Assembly: GCA_002269645.1 (NCBI GenBank)
Contig: NIVC01005092.1
Location: 1 to 26,447, forward strand
Reading direction: 5' to 3'
Origin: Macrostomum lignano
Lineage: Eukaryota
DNA: 26,447 nt
Shown here one piece after another: positions 8,074 to 17,630 of the stretch (within the stretch, counting starts at the first letter, position 1; each line of letters opens with the position of its first letter). Both the position numbers and the translations under genes were made by a program. Under the pieces are notes generated by a model. It saw only the letters and a list, made by a program, of their open reading frames with translations. It ran no database searches and was not told the origin of the DNA.

Positions 8074-11000
8074 CTGGCGAGGGTTGTTGAGGTGGAGGCG
8101 ATGTTGAGTTTATATTTTAAAAAGCTTAGGCATGAATTGAAGTTAAGACACTCAGAATCACTCAAGATATCTCAACGGAAACCTAAAATGGTCTCAAAGT
8201 TAACTGAGACTTGATGCCTTTGGGTCTCACTCACGCTTCTTATTTTACAGCGTTTATAATTGCTTCATTTCGTTCTTCTTTAATTCACAGCTCCACCGAT
8301 TGACCGCCTGGTTTGTGTGTTTCTTTATTGCCGTTATTTTTTTCTTTTTCTGTGTTACCTTATATACTATTTTGTGTATTATACATTTTAGTACGCTTTC
8401 CATTTGTGTATATATCCTGTTTGTAAGGCTTTATTAGGCTTTATTTTGTATCGCTGTTACATTACAAGTTATTTAAATTAGAGCTTTTGGTATCCAATAT
8501 GGCCATGCAGTTTATTTGTTTAAGTGCACTCCCTGTTCCCTGTGACTCCTCAGCCAGTGTTCAGAGTTTGCACAAGTTTGCGCAACTTATCCTGTGCAGT
8601 GTACGAAATTTGAGTACGTATCCGTTTCTTCTTCTCGTTCCAATGTCAGATGGGGTCGAAACACAGGAAACAAATTCTTCAAAACGTCAAATATCAGTTC
8701 TTTTTTCCATACCTCCTGCAAAAAATGGTTACCTTTCTCGTGTTTTTATACTTTTTTTAGACTACGATTCAAATCCGTCACCTGTAAGTCTGTGTTCTTG
8801 CGGCTAAGATTTCTGCAGGCTTAAAAAAGTTGTCTATGATAGCAAGCCGGCAAAGCTGTGGGCCATGGTACCGGGTTCGATAGGGTTAAACTTATCAGAT
8901 CACCGAAAGCCAGCCACCCTGTGAACACTGAAGGTTATCGGAGAAAACCTAAGGTCACCTCAGATCACCATTCAAGGTCACCTCAGATCACCATTCAAGG
9001 TCACCTCAGATCACCATTCAAGGTCACCTCAGATCACCATTCAAGGTCACCTAAGATCACCATTCAAGGTCACCTCAGATCACCATTCAAGGTCACCTAA
9101 GATCACCATTCAAGGTCACCTCAGATCACCATTCAAGGTCACCTCAGATCACCATTCAAGGTCACCTAAGATCACCATTCAAGGTCACCTAAGATCACCA
9201 TTCAAGGTCACCTCAGATCACCATTCAAGGTCACCTCAGATCACCATTCAAGGTCACCTCAGATCACCATTCAAGGTCACCTCAGATCATCATTCAAGAT
9301 CAACTCAGATCACCATTCAAGGTTACCTCAGATCACCATTCAAGGTCACCTAAGATCATCACTTTAGACCACATGATATCACCCGTCAGTCCAAGCTACT
9401 GGAAGCGGCAGCCCAGTCAGCCAGCAAATCCAGCAACCAACCTGCTCGAAGCTCTGCAGCCCCTTCTGCTTGCCCAGCTGCTGCAGCTCGCCCAGCAGGT
9501 GCGCCTTGAATCCGGCGCTGCCGCAGGCCGCGGCCAGCAGCTCTGGAGGCGAATCGCCAGCCGCAGCCGCCGTGTCCGCGGGATTCTTGGCCAGCCAGGC
9601 CTTGGTGGCGTCCAACGTTGGCACCACGACGCCGAGCAGGCAGGAGCGCTCGCTGCGGCCATCAACAAAGACCTGATCGATGGCCGGGTTCAGGCAGTAC
9701 ACCAGCTCGATCTTCTCCGGCGCGATGTACTCGCCCTGGGCCAGCTTGAACAGGTGCTTGACCCGGTCAACGATGCGGTAGGAGCCGCCGGGGAGCAGCT
9801 GGGCGATGTCGCCGGTGTGCACCCAGCCGTCGGAGTCAAGAGTCTCGGCCGAGCGCTCCGGCTGCTTGAAGTAGCCAGCGAAGCAGGTCGGGCCGCGGAT
9901 GCACAACTCGCCGCGACCGTCAGCCTCCGCATTCGGACAGTCGGCGTCGGGGGCGTCAGCGAGGCGGACTTCAATGCCCAGCATCGGCCGGCCGGTGTGG
10001 TTGCTGGCCGGGTCGCCGGGCCGCTGGCACAGGCCGAGGCCGCAGGTTTCCGTCTGGCCGAAACCCTGCGGGGGTCGGGGAGGTGAGGGACGCTCGGATG
10101 GATCGATAGCAGAGAGGTTGCAGGAAGAGTGGGAGCGAGGGGTGAGAGACGGGAGTTAAAAGGAGTAAAGGGGAGATCAAAATGGGAGCGACAGGAAGGA
10201 TGGAGAGGGAGCGGGAGAAGTAGAGGAAGGATGGAGAGGGAGCGGGAGAAGTAGAGGGAGGATGGAGAGGGAGCGGGAGAAGTAGAGGGAGGATGGAGAG
10301 GGAGCGGGAGAAGTAGAGGGAGGATGGAGAGGGAGCGGGAGAAGTAGAGGGAGGATGGAGAGGGAGCGGGAGAAGTAGAGGGAGGATGGAGAGGGAGCGG
10401 GAGAAGTAGAGGGAGGATGGAGAGGGAGCGGGAGAAGTAGAGGGAGGATGGAGAGGGAGCGGGAGAAGTAGAGGGAGGATATAGAGGGAGGATAGGTAGG
10501 GAAAAGTAGGCGAGGGAGAGGAAGAAGTAGAGTTACGGAAGACTGTAGAGAAGTGCACCAGTAGTTTAAAAACGTCAGCCCCAAAGCACTGTCCCCCCTA
10601 TTAAGTCGCCGAATTCTTCAACACAAGAAGTGCAGCGCTGGTCCTCCAAAAGTTCGCCCAGCTCTCTCACCTGCACCACCGGGCAGCCCAGCGCGGCCTT
10701 CACAAAGTTCAGCGTGTCCGCAGAAATCGGCGCCCCGCCAACGGCTACAAAGCGGACGCGGCCGCCCAGGCCTTCCTGGACGCGGCGGAACACCAGCCGA
10801 TCCCACAGCGTGTCCTTGTCAACCCGGAGCTGCGACAGCCGGCGGCTCTTGCGGGACAGCGCCGTGTCAAGGATGGCCGACTTCAGCCGGCTGCCCGACA
10901 CCGCTGTCAGGGCGCGCTCGCGAATGCGGCTCAGGACCTGCGGGCGGCGGCCAGTGACAGCTGATTGGATGATGATTGGAAACTTTACTCCTGTCTCTCT

Positions 11001-14000
11001 ACACTGCTGAATCAACCATCTCCCTTCCTGATCTGCCCCTATCCCACCCTGATCCGCCCCTATCCCTCCCTGATCCGCCCCTATCCCTCCCTGATCCGCC
11101 CCTATCCCTCCCTGATCCGCCCCTCTGTCCCTCCCTGATCCGCCCCTCTGTCCCTCCCTGATCCGCCCCTCTGTCCCTCCCTGATCCGCCCCTCTTTCCC
11201 TCCCTGATCCGCCCCTCTGTCCCTCCCTGATCCGCCCCTCTTTCCCTCCCTGATCCGCCCTCTGTCCCTCCCTGATCCGCCCCTCTGTCCCTCCCTGATC
11301 CGCCCCTCTGTCCCTCCCTGATCCGCCCCTCTGTCCCTCCCTGATCCGCCCCTCTGTCCCTCCCTGATCCGCCCCTCTGTTCCTCCCTGATCCGCCCCTC
11401 TTTCCCTCCCTGATCCGCCCCTCTTTCCCTCCCTGATCCGCCCCTCTGTCCCTCCCTGATCCGCCCCTCTGTCCCTCCCTGATCCGCCCCTCTTTCCCTC
11501 CCTGATCCGCCCCTCTGTCCCTCCCTGATCCGCTCTGTCCTCCCTGATCCGCCCTCTGTCCCTCCCTGATCCGTTCCTCTGTCCCTCCCTGATCTCTCTC
11601 CCTCCCTGATCTGCCCCTCTCTCCCTCCCTGATCCGCCTCTCTCTCCTCCTTGATCCATCCGCCCGATCCCGCAGCCGCCCACCTTAGGCACGGCAGCCA
11701 TGAAGGTGGGCTGACACTCGCGCAGGTCGTCCATGAGGCCGGCCCGATCGCCGCGAAAGAATCCCATGGACAGGCCGTGGGCGAAGGCGAACAGCTGGCA
11801 CATTCGCTCCAGGATGTGCGCCATCGGCAGGTAGCTGAAGTAGCGGTCCGAGCTGTTCAACTCCACCGGGTGCTGCGAATTGGGGAATAGGGGATGGAGA
11901 TTCTGACACTGTGGATAGGGATTCTGATGCTGGGGATGGGGATTCTGATGCTGGGGATGGGGATTCTGATGCTGGTGGTGGGATTCTGATGCTGGGGATG
12001 GGGATTCTGATGCTGGTGGTGGGGATTCTGATGCTGGGGATGGGGATTCTGATGCTGGTGGTGGGGATTCTGATGCTGGGGATGGGGATTCTGATGCTGG
12101 TGGTGGGGATTCTGATGCTGGGGATGGGGATTCTGATGCTGGTGATGGGGATTCTGATGCTGGTGATGGGGATTCTGATGCTGGTGGTGGGGATTCTGAT
12201 GCTGGGGATGGGGATTCTGATGCTGGGGATGGGGATTCTGATGCTGGTGGTGGGGATTCTGATGCTGGGGGTGGGGATTCTGATGTTGGTGGTGGGGATT
12301 CTGATGTTGGGGGTGGGGATTCTGATGCTGGTGGTGGGGATTCTGATGCTGGTGATGGGGATTCTGATGCTGGTGGTGGGGATTCTGATGCTGGGGATGG
12401 GGATTCTGATGCTGGGGATGGGGATTCTGATGCTGGGGATGGGGATTCTGATGTTGGGGGTGGGGATTCTGATGTTGGTGGTGGGGATTCTGATGTTGGG
12501 GGTGGGGATTCTGATGCTGGTGGTGGGGATTCTGATGTTGGGGGTGGGGATTCTGATGCTGGTGGTGGGGATTCTGATGCTGGGGATGGGGATTCTGATG
12601 CTGGTGGTGGGGATTCTGATGTTGGGGGTGGGGATTCTGATGCTGGGAATGGGGATTCCGATGATGGGGATTGTGATGTTGGGGATGGGAATTTTGATGT
12701 TGGGATGGGGTCAAATTTTATCGTGTTTTCACCTTAAAAGTGTCCTCTTTAATAGTATCCGTGACCAGGTGCACGCCCTTGACAAGGTTGTCATTTGTCA
12801 GCATGACGCCTTTGGGTTGGCCTTGATTGAAAACGAAAAAAATAACGTTAAAAATAAATTAGCAAATCATTGGATTAAAGCATTTGACTATACGAATTCC
12901 GACTTAAGCCCCCTCGTTCCCAACAGACCAGTGGTGCCGCTGGTGTAGCAGATCACAGCCAAGTCGCTGGGCTGCGGCCTCCTGTTGGCGTCAGCGTCCT
13001 CCTGCTGCTGCCCATCACCGCTGTTCTCCTTCTGCTCCCGCCGCTGCTGAAGCAACTCCCGGCCCTTGGCAATCGCATCAACGTAGCTGATAACCGCCGC
13101 ACCGGCCGGCTGCTCCGCCTCCGACGGCTCGGCCACAATCAGCCGGATGGCCTGTTCGGCCGACCCCAGCTCGGACACTGTGGCGGCCTGCTTGTCCGAG
13201 CGGCAGAACGCCACGCTGAGCTGCGTCTCCTACGGCAGGCAGGGGCAGAAGGAACTGGTTTAGTTGCTGGGGGGAACCGGCCTGGGATAGACTGAGGGGG
13301 GCTGAAGGATCAGGGCTGAGGTGGCCTGAAAAATCAGGGCTGAGGTGGCCTGAAAAATCAGGGCTGAGGTGGCCTGAAAAATCAGGGCTGATGTGGCCTG
13401 AAAAATCAGGGCTGAGGTGGCCTGAAAAATCAGGGCTGATGTGGCCTGAAAAATCAGGGCTGAGGTGGCCTGAAAAATCAGGGCTGAGGTGGCCTGAAAA
13501 ATCAGGGCTGAGGTGGCCTGAAAAATCAGGGCTGAGGTGGCCTGAAAAATCAGGGCTGAGGTGGCCTAAAAATCAGGGCTGAGGTGGCCTGAAGGATCAG
13601 GGCTGAGGTGGCCTGAAAAATCAGGGCTGAGGTGGCCTGAAGGATCAGGGCTGAGGTGGCCTGAAGGATCAGGGCTGAGGTGGCCTGAAAAATCAGGGCT
13701 GAGGTGGCCTGAAAAATCAGGGCTGAGGTGGCCTAAATCAGGGCTGAGGTGGCCTGAAAAATCAGGGCTGAGGTGGCCTGAAGGATCAGGGCTGAGGTGG
13801 CCTGAAAAATCAGGGCTGAGGTGGCCTGAAAAATCAGGGCTGAGGTGGCCTGAAGGATCAGGGCTGAGGTGGCCTGAAGGATCAGGGCTGAGGTGGCCTG
13901 AAGGATCAGGGCTGAGGTGGCCTGAAGGATCAGGGCTGAGGTGGCCTGAAGGATCAGGGCTGAGGTGGCCTGAAGGATCAGGGCTGAGGTGGCCTGAAGG

Positions 14001-17000
14001 ATCAGGGCTGAGGTGGCCTGAAGGATCAGGGCTGAGGTGGCCTGAAGGATCAGGGCTGAGGTGGCCTAAAGGATCAGGGCTGAGGTGGCCTAAAGGATCA
14101 GGGCTGAGGTGGCCTAAAGGATCAGGGGCTGAGGTGGCCTGAAGGATCAGGGGCTGAGGTGGCCTGAAGGATCAGAGCTGAGGTGGCCTGAAGGATCAGG
14201 GCTGAGGTGGCCTGAAGGATCAAGGCTGAGGTGGCCTGTAGGACCAGTGGCTAAGTGGCTTAAAACCGTGAAAGACTACTTATTGACAAGTAGAGTACAT
14301 AGAAAATGGTCAGTTAAATAATTCATCAAATCCGAGGCCATTTCTCACCTGCAGAATGTGGCTGCAGGCCTCCCGGCCCAAGGTGTCGTACAGCGGCACA
14401 ATGACCAGGCCGCTGGAGTAGCAGGCAAGCTCCAGGACAACCAGGCTGGCGCTGTTGCTGGAGAAGGTGCCAACAAAACTGCCCCTGGTCAGGCCCAGCG
14501 GCCCGGTCAGGTAGGCCGCCATTGCGCGCACTTCTTGAAGCACCTGCGTAAGGTAAACGGTGAGAGTAACTTTGCCTATCGTTTGATATCCAGGGGCCTC
14601 GTCATTAAATGAAGATTGAGGATTGACTGGGTTGCCCGTCTGTCTCTAGCCGTCCAGATGGGATCCAGACTCGGCATGGTTACTGATTGGCATGCAGGGA
14701 TCCGACTACCGACTATTAGCGCCCCCTGCACTTGGCAACACAATGCTTTGATTGACTTCGTCGCTTGAACTTGCACTGTGTGGCAGGGTGATGCAGGCAG
14801 CAGCAGCTGTGCCAGTTTCTTGCGAAACTGGCCGAACCGACATCACGCTTTGAAAAGCCACAGATTCGGATGCTAAGAGAACAGAAACAGAGAAAAGGAG
14901 GAGAGGCGGTTCAATTATTAGACCGCGCAAATTTTGCTTTACGAATGAAAATGGTAAGCGAAGTACTTTCGGAAGAAAAAACATTTTAGGAATATAACTA
15001 GGAATAGATGTGAGACTCAGAGAAGAGGGGGGAAGGGAGAGAAAAAGGAGAGGAAAGCGGAGAGGGAGAGAGAGAGTGGAGAGGAAGGGGAGGGGAGAGG
15101 AAGGGGAAAGGGGAGAGGAAGGGGAGATGGGAGAGGAAGGGGAGAGGGAAGAGTAAAGGGGAGATGGGAGAGGAAGGGGAGAGGGGAGGGGGGAGAGGAG
15201 GGGAGAGGAAGGGGAGAGGAAAGGGGAGAGGAAGGGGAGAGGAAAGGGGAGAGGAAGGGGAGAGGTAGAGAGAGGGGATAGGAAGGGGAAAGGGGAGAGG
15301 AAAGGGAGAGGGAAGAGTAAAGGGGAGATGGGAGAGGAAGGGGAGAGGAGGGGGAGAGGGGAGAGGAGGGGGAGAGGAGGGAGAGGAGGGGGAGAGGGGG
15401 AGGAGGGGGAGAGGAGGGGGAGAGGGGAGAGGAGGGGGAGAGGAGGGGAGAGGGGAGAGGAGGGGAGAGGAGGGGAGAGGAGGGGGAGAGGGGAGAGGAG
15501 GGGAGAGGGGAGAGGGGAGAGGAGGGGAGAGGGGGGAGGAGGGGAGAGGAGGAGGAGAGGGAGAGGAGGAGAGGGGAGAGGGGAGAGGAGGGGAGAGGAG
15601 GGGGAGAGGGGAGAGGAGGGGAGAGGAGGGGAAGGGAAGAGGGGGGAGGAGAGGAACGGAGGAAGATGGAGAAAGGATCATTATATGGGATAAAAGCAGA
15701 CAACGGGACAATTGATCACTTAAATCTGAGGTTTTTTGGCAAATGTTAGGAATTTGATCAAGGATGTGCACTGACTGGCACCTGAAGCTAACTTCTAGAG
15801 AACAGAAGTGCTTTTCACTCCTGGAGATGCAGTGCAGCCGTGGGAAAGAAGTTTATAAAATCGAAACTTCGATTGCTGTTTACACTGGAATAAGCAAACT
15901 GGCACTTGAAGCAGCATTAACAGAATCTTGCAGAAGAAAAATCAATTCCACTGAAAGTCGAACTGACGATTTAATACCAACTGGTGCTGATACTACAACG
16001 GAATGTACTATAATTAGAAACAGCAAGGAAGAAACTGTTAATTAGCATGTCACAGCCTCACCTCGCCATAGGTACTGTATACAAATGGAGCACTGGCTGT
16101 CTGGCGGGTGCCCAGGCAGGGCCCATCATGGCTGGCCGCCTCCAGGCCAGCAAGAAACAGGTCGAATGCCACGCGAGCTTCTGCCAGGGCTTTCTGCTGC
16201 TGCTGTTTTCCGCCGCTCTGCTGCTATGGGACAAAACGATTTGGGGAAAGGAATGTCAGTAATGGAATGAGGAGCTTGTGTCACTGTTATGTTTGATAAA
16301 AAACAGATCTTTGACTTTATAGCAATTTACTACTAAACTAAATGCTTGTGTAGATACTGCACATACATCCGCAAATGCTGGCCGACCTGGCTGATCTGGC
16401 CACCGTAAATTGTGGTAGACCAGGGGTAAGTTGCAAAAATGCCCATCCAAAATACAGATGTAGTACTAATTAGATGACAAGGCATTTAGCCTTAATAAGA
16501 CAGTTATAGTTACTCCTGCCGTTTACCCAAGTGTTAATTTTGCTTTAGGTTTCTTTCACAGGAAAGTCACATGGCCCGTGTAAATCAGGGGGGGGGGTTG
16601 CGCATGTTTGATACTGCAACTATACTATAGCTATAGTTATGGGAAATTACAAGTGGCAATTTTCATCTAGACCTAAAAAATGAGATTTATGACTATGGCC
16701 TATGGCTATGGAAGTTATTACTTGAAATAACTTGATATGGCTTATAATTAAGATACTGAATTTGTCAATTTGCCATAACAAACAACAAATAATATTAATA
16801 GATATTTGGCAAATCTAAATTATTCACATTTATTATGCCCAAATAATAATATACTTAACCAATCTTAATATTATAAAACAGAAACATTTATACTACTGGT
16901 CAATATTTTGACATTTTTTGAAGTTTGTTTAAGGTAAGTGGTACAAACAAAGCTATGAGTTGAACTGTAATTTCTGATTCAATCATTTTCAATATTAAAA

Positions 17001-17220
17001 TAACTTTCAAAAAAGTGCAAACTTCGTAGTAGAACTGTAGAAGTTGGCCTGATAAACTCTAATTCAATTAGCTTCCTTCTACCAACACTGCGGACACAAA
17101 AACTTACGTTACCTCTACTAAATTGGACTTCAAAACTTCGTTGCTGGAACCGCAAGCGCCATCCTTGGGACAGTAAGAGTTGCTATGAGTATTGGACAGT
17201 GTGCTAACAGTTCCGCCCAT
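7933..17220 (-). CDS. ACSL: Long-chain fatty acyl-CoA synthetase (ACSL1/5/6 type), 9 coding exons, 691 aa
   Basis: Exons 17220-17113, 16223-16062, 14543-14349, 13229-12929, 12821-12733, 11872-11684, 10937-10671, 10065-9442 and 8073-7933 sum to 2076 nt in one frame. Motifs: GPCLG, VPLYDTLG, YTSGTTGQPKG, SYLPMAH, GGAP, GFGQTE, GELCIRG, GWVHTGD, DRVKHLFKLAQGEYIAPEKIE, TPTMKLKR. The first exon is the least certain. Confidence 0.93.
8951..9355. repeat. 23-bp minisatellite AAGGTCACCTCAGATCACCATTC (~17 copies), ACSL intron 8
   Basis: Period 23 (aaggtca at 8951 and 8974). Confidence 0.97.
9442..10065 (-). CDS. ACSL: ACSL exon 8
   Basis: Reads GFGQTETCG...GELCIRGPTCFAGYFK...GWVHTGDIA...KGLQSFEQ; donor CAG|GTTGGT. 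Confidence 0.94.
10200..10490. repeat. 31-bp purine-rich minisatellite ATGGAGAGGGAGCGGGAGAAGTAGAGGGAGG (~9 copies), ACSL intron 7
   Basis: Units start at 10200, 10231, 10262 ... 10448. Confidence 0.97.
10671..10937 (-). CDS. ACSL: ACSL exon 7
   Basis: Reads VLSRIRER...LWDRLVFRRVQEGLGGRVRFVAVGGAPIS...LGCPVVQ. Confidence 0.93.
11022..11665. repeat. 23-bp minisatellite CCCTCCCTGATCCGCCCCTCTGT (~27 copies), ACSL intron 6
   Basis: Period 23 (tgatc at 11136 and 11159). Confidence 0.97.
11684..11872 (-). CDS. ACSL: ACSL exon 6 (gate domain)
   Basis: Reads HPVELNSSDRYFSYLPMAHILER...PTFMAAVPK; acceptor cag|, donor |GTGGGC. Confidence 0.93.
11918..12710. repeat. 21-bp minisatellite GGGGATTCTGATGCTGG(GGAT/TGGT) (~37 copies), ACSL intron 5
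   Basis: Seen directly; gives 7-residue periodicity in the spurious ORFs. Confidence 0.97.
12733..12821 (-). CDS. ACSL: ACSL exon 5
   Basis: Reads (G)QPKGVMLTNDNLVKGVHLVTDTIKEDTFK; acceptor aag|, donor |GTGAAA. Confidence 0.9.
12929..13229 (-). CDS. ACSL: ACSL exon 4 (start of ATP/AMP P-loop)
   Basis: Reads ETQLSVAFC...DLAVICYTSGTTG; weak donor G|GTCTGT whose position is fixed by the following GQPKG. Confidence 0.9.
13303..14240. repeat. 24-bp minisatellite TCAGGGCTGAGGTGGCCTGAA(AAA/GGA) (~39 copies), ACSL intron 3
   Basis: Seen directly; 8-residue periodicity WPEKSGLR. Confidence 0.97.
14349..14543 (-). CDS. ACSL: ACSL exon 3
   Basis: Reads VLQEVRAMAAYL...VIVPLYDTLGREACSHILQ; acceptor cag|, donor |GTGAGA. 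Confidence 0.92.
15017..15670. repeat. Polypurine (GGGGAGA/GGAGA) low-complexity tract, ACSL intron 2
   Basis: Nearly pure A/G on the + strand; uninterrupted from 15330 to 15656. Confidence 0.97.
16062..16223 (-). CDS. ACSL: ACSL exon 2
   Basis: Reads ...AFDLFLAGLEAASHDGPCLGTRQTASAPFVYSTYGE; acceptor cccatag|, donor |GTGAGG. Confidence 0.85.
17113..17220 (-). CDS. ACSL: ACSL putative coding exon 1 (MGGTVS...)
   Basis: ATG in gtcATGG context; donor GAG|GTAACGTAAGT; phase 0 matches exon 2. No homology support visible. Confidence 0.55.
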
Positions 17221-17359
17221 GACTGTAGTAGATAATAGAATTCTGTCAATTTGGTTCAACGGCGAGCTTAGCAAACAAGAGCTTGGATTCAATCCGTTTG
17301 ACCCTGGTAGGACAAAAAAGCAAAGTAAGAAGGTAGCGAACCACGCTGGTACTTCTTAT

Positions 17360-17630
17360 TTATTGAGGGAAGATCACGTGGGTCCTCACAATTTGGGGTT
17401 TGCTCGTAGGGGGTGGGGCGCTGCGGGGGGACGAGGAAGCGTGGCCACGATCACGTGCGCTTGGACTGGACAGACAGACTGGATTGGGCTAGAATTAGAA
17501 TGGCCCGAGGAATTTTGGGGGTTTGTGAACTTGAGGGAGGGCGGGCTTGTCCCATTCTCCGTACATTCGTACGCCACCCCCACCCCTTCCCCTTAGCCAG
17601 CGTACATTCAAGGCGTTCCAAACATTGGAG
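17360..17630 (-). promoter_or_regulatory. Candidate ACSL promoter (two GATCACGTG E-boxes, GC-boxes, CCAAT)
   Basis: GATCACGTG at 17372-17380 and 17449-17457; GGGGTGGGGCG at ~17410; ATTGG at 17483; GGGCGGG at 17539. GC-rich island just upstream of the first ACSL exon. Confidence 0.4.

Noticed and set aside
9373-11010. Plus-strand ORFs of 237 and 126 aa overlapping ACSL exons
   Set aside because: Antisense shadows of GC3-rich coding sequence with no independent motifs.
11102-12948. Long ORFs such as (HQNPHPQ)n, (GILMLVV)n and (GGSGRDRG)n
   Set aside because: These are translations of intronic minisatellites; only the part matching ACSL exon 6 (11684-11872) is coding.
8951-14240. Regular 21-31 bp arrays as CRISPR repeats
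   Set aside because: Units are head-to-tail with no unique spacers, there are no cas genes, and the context is eukaryotic introns.
14998-15771. Extensin-like Pro/Ser/Leu-rich ORFs
   Set aside because: Artefact of the polypurine tract in ACSL intron 2.
15764-16045. 93-aa plus-strand ORF in ACSL intron 2 and 134-aa plus-strand ORF at 17192-17596
   Set aside because: No recognisable domain or coding-type codon bias; the second is antisense to the putative ACSL first exon and promoter.
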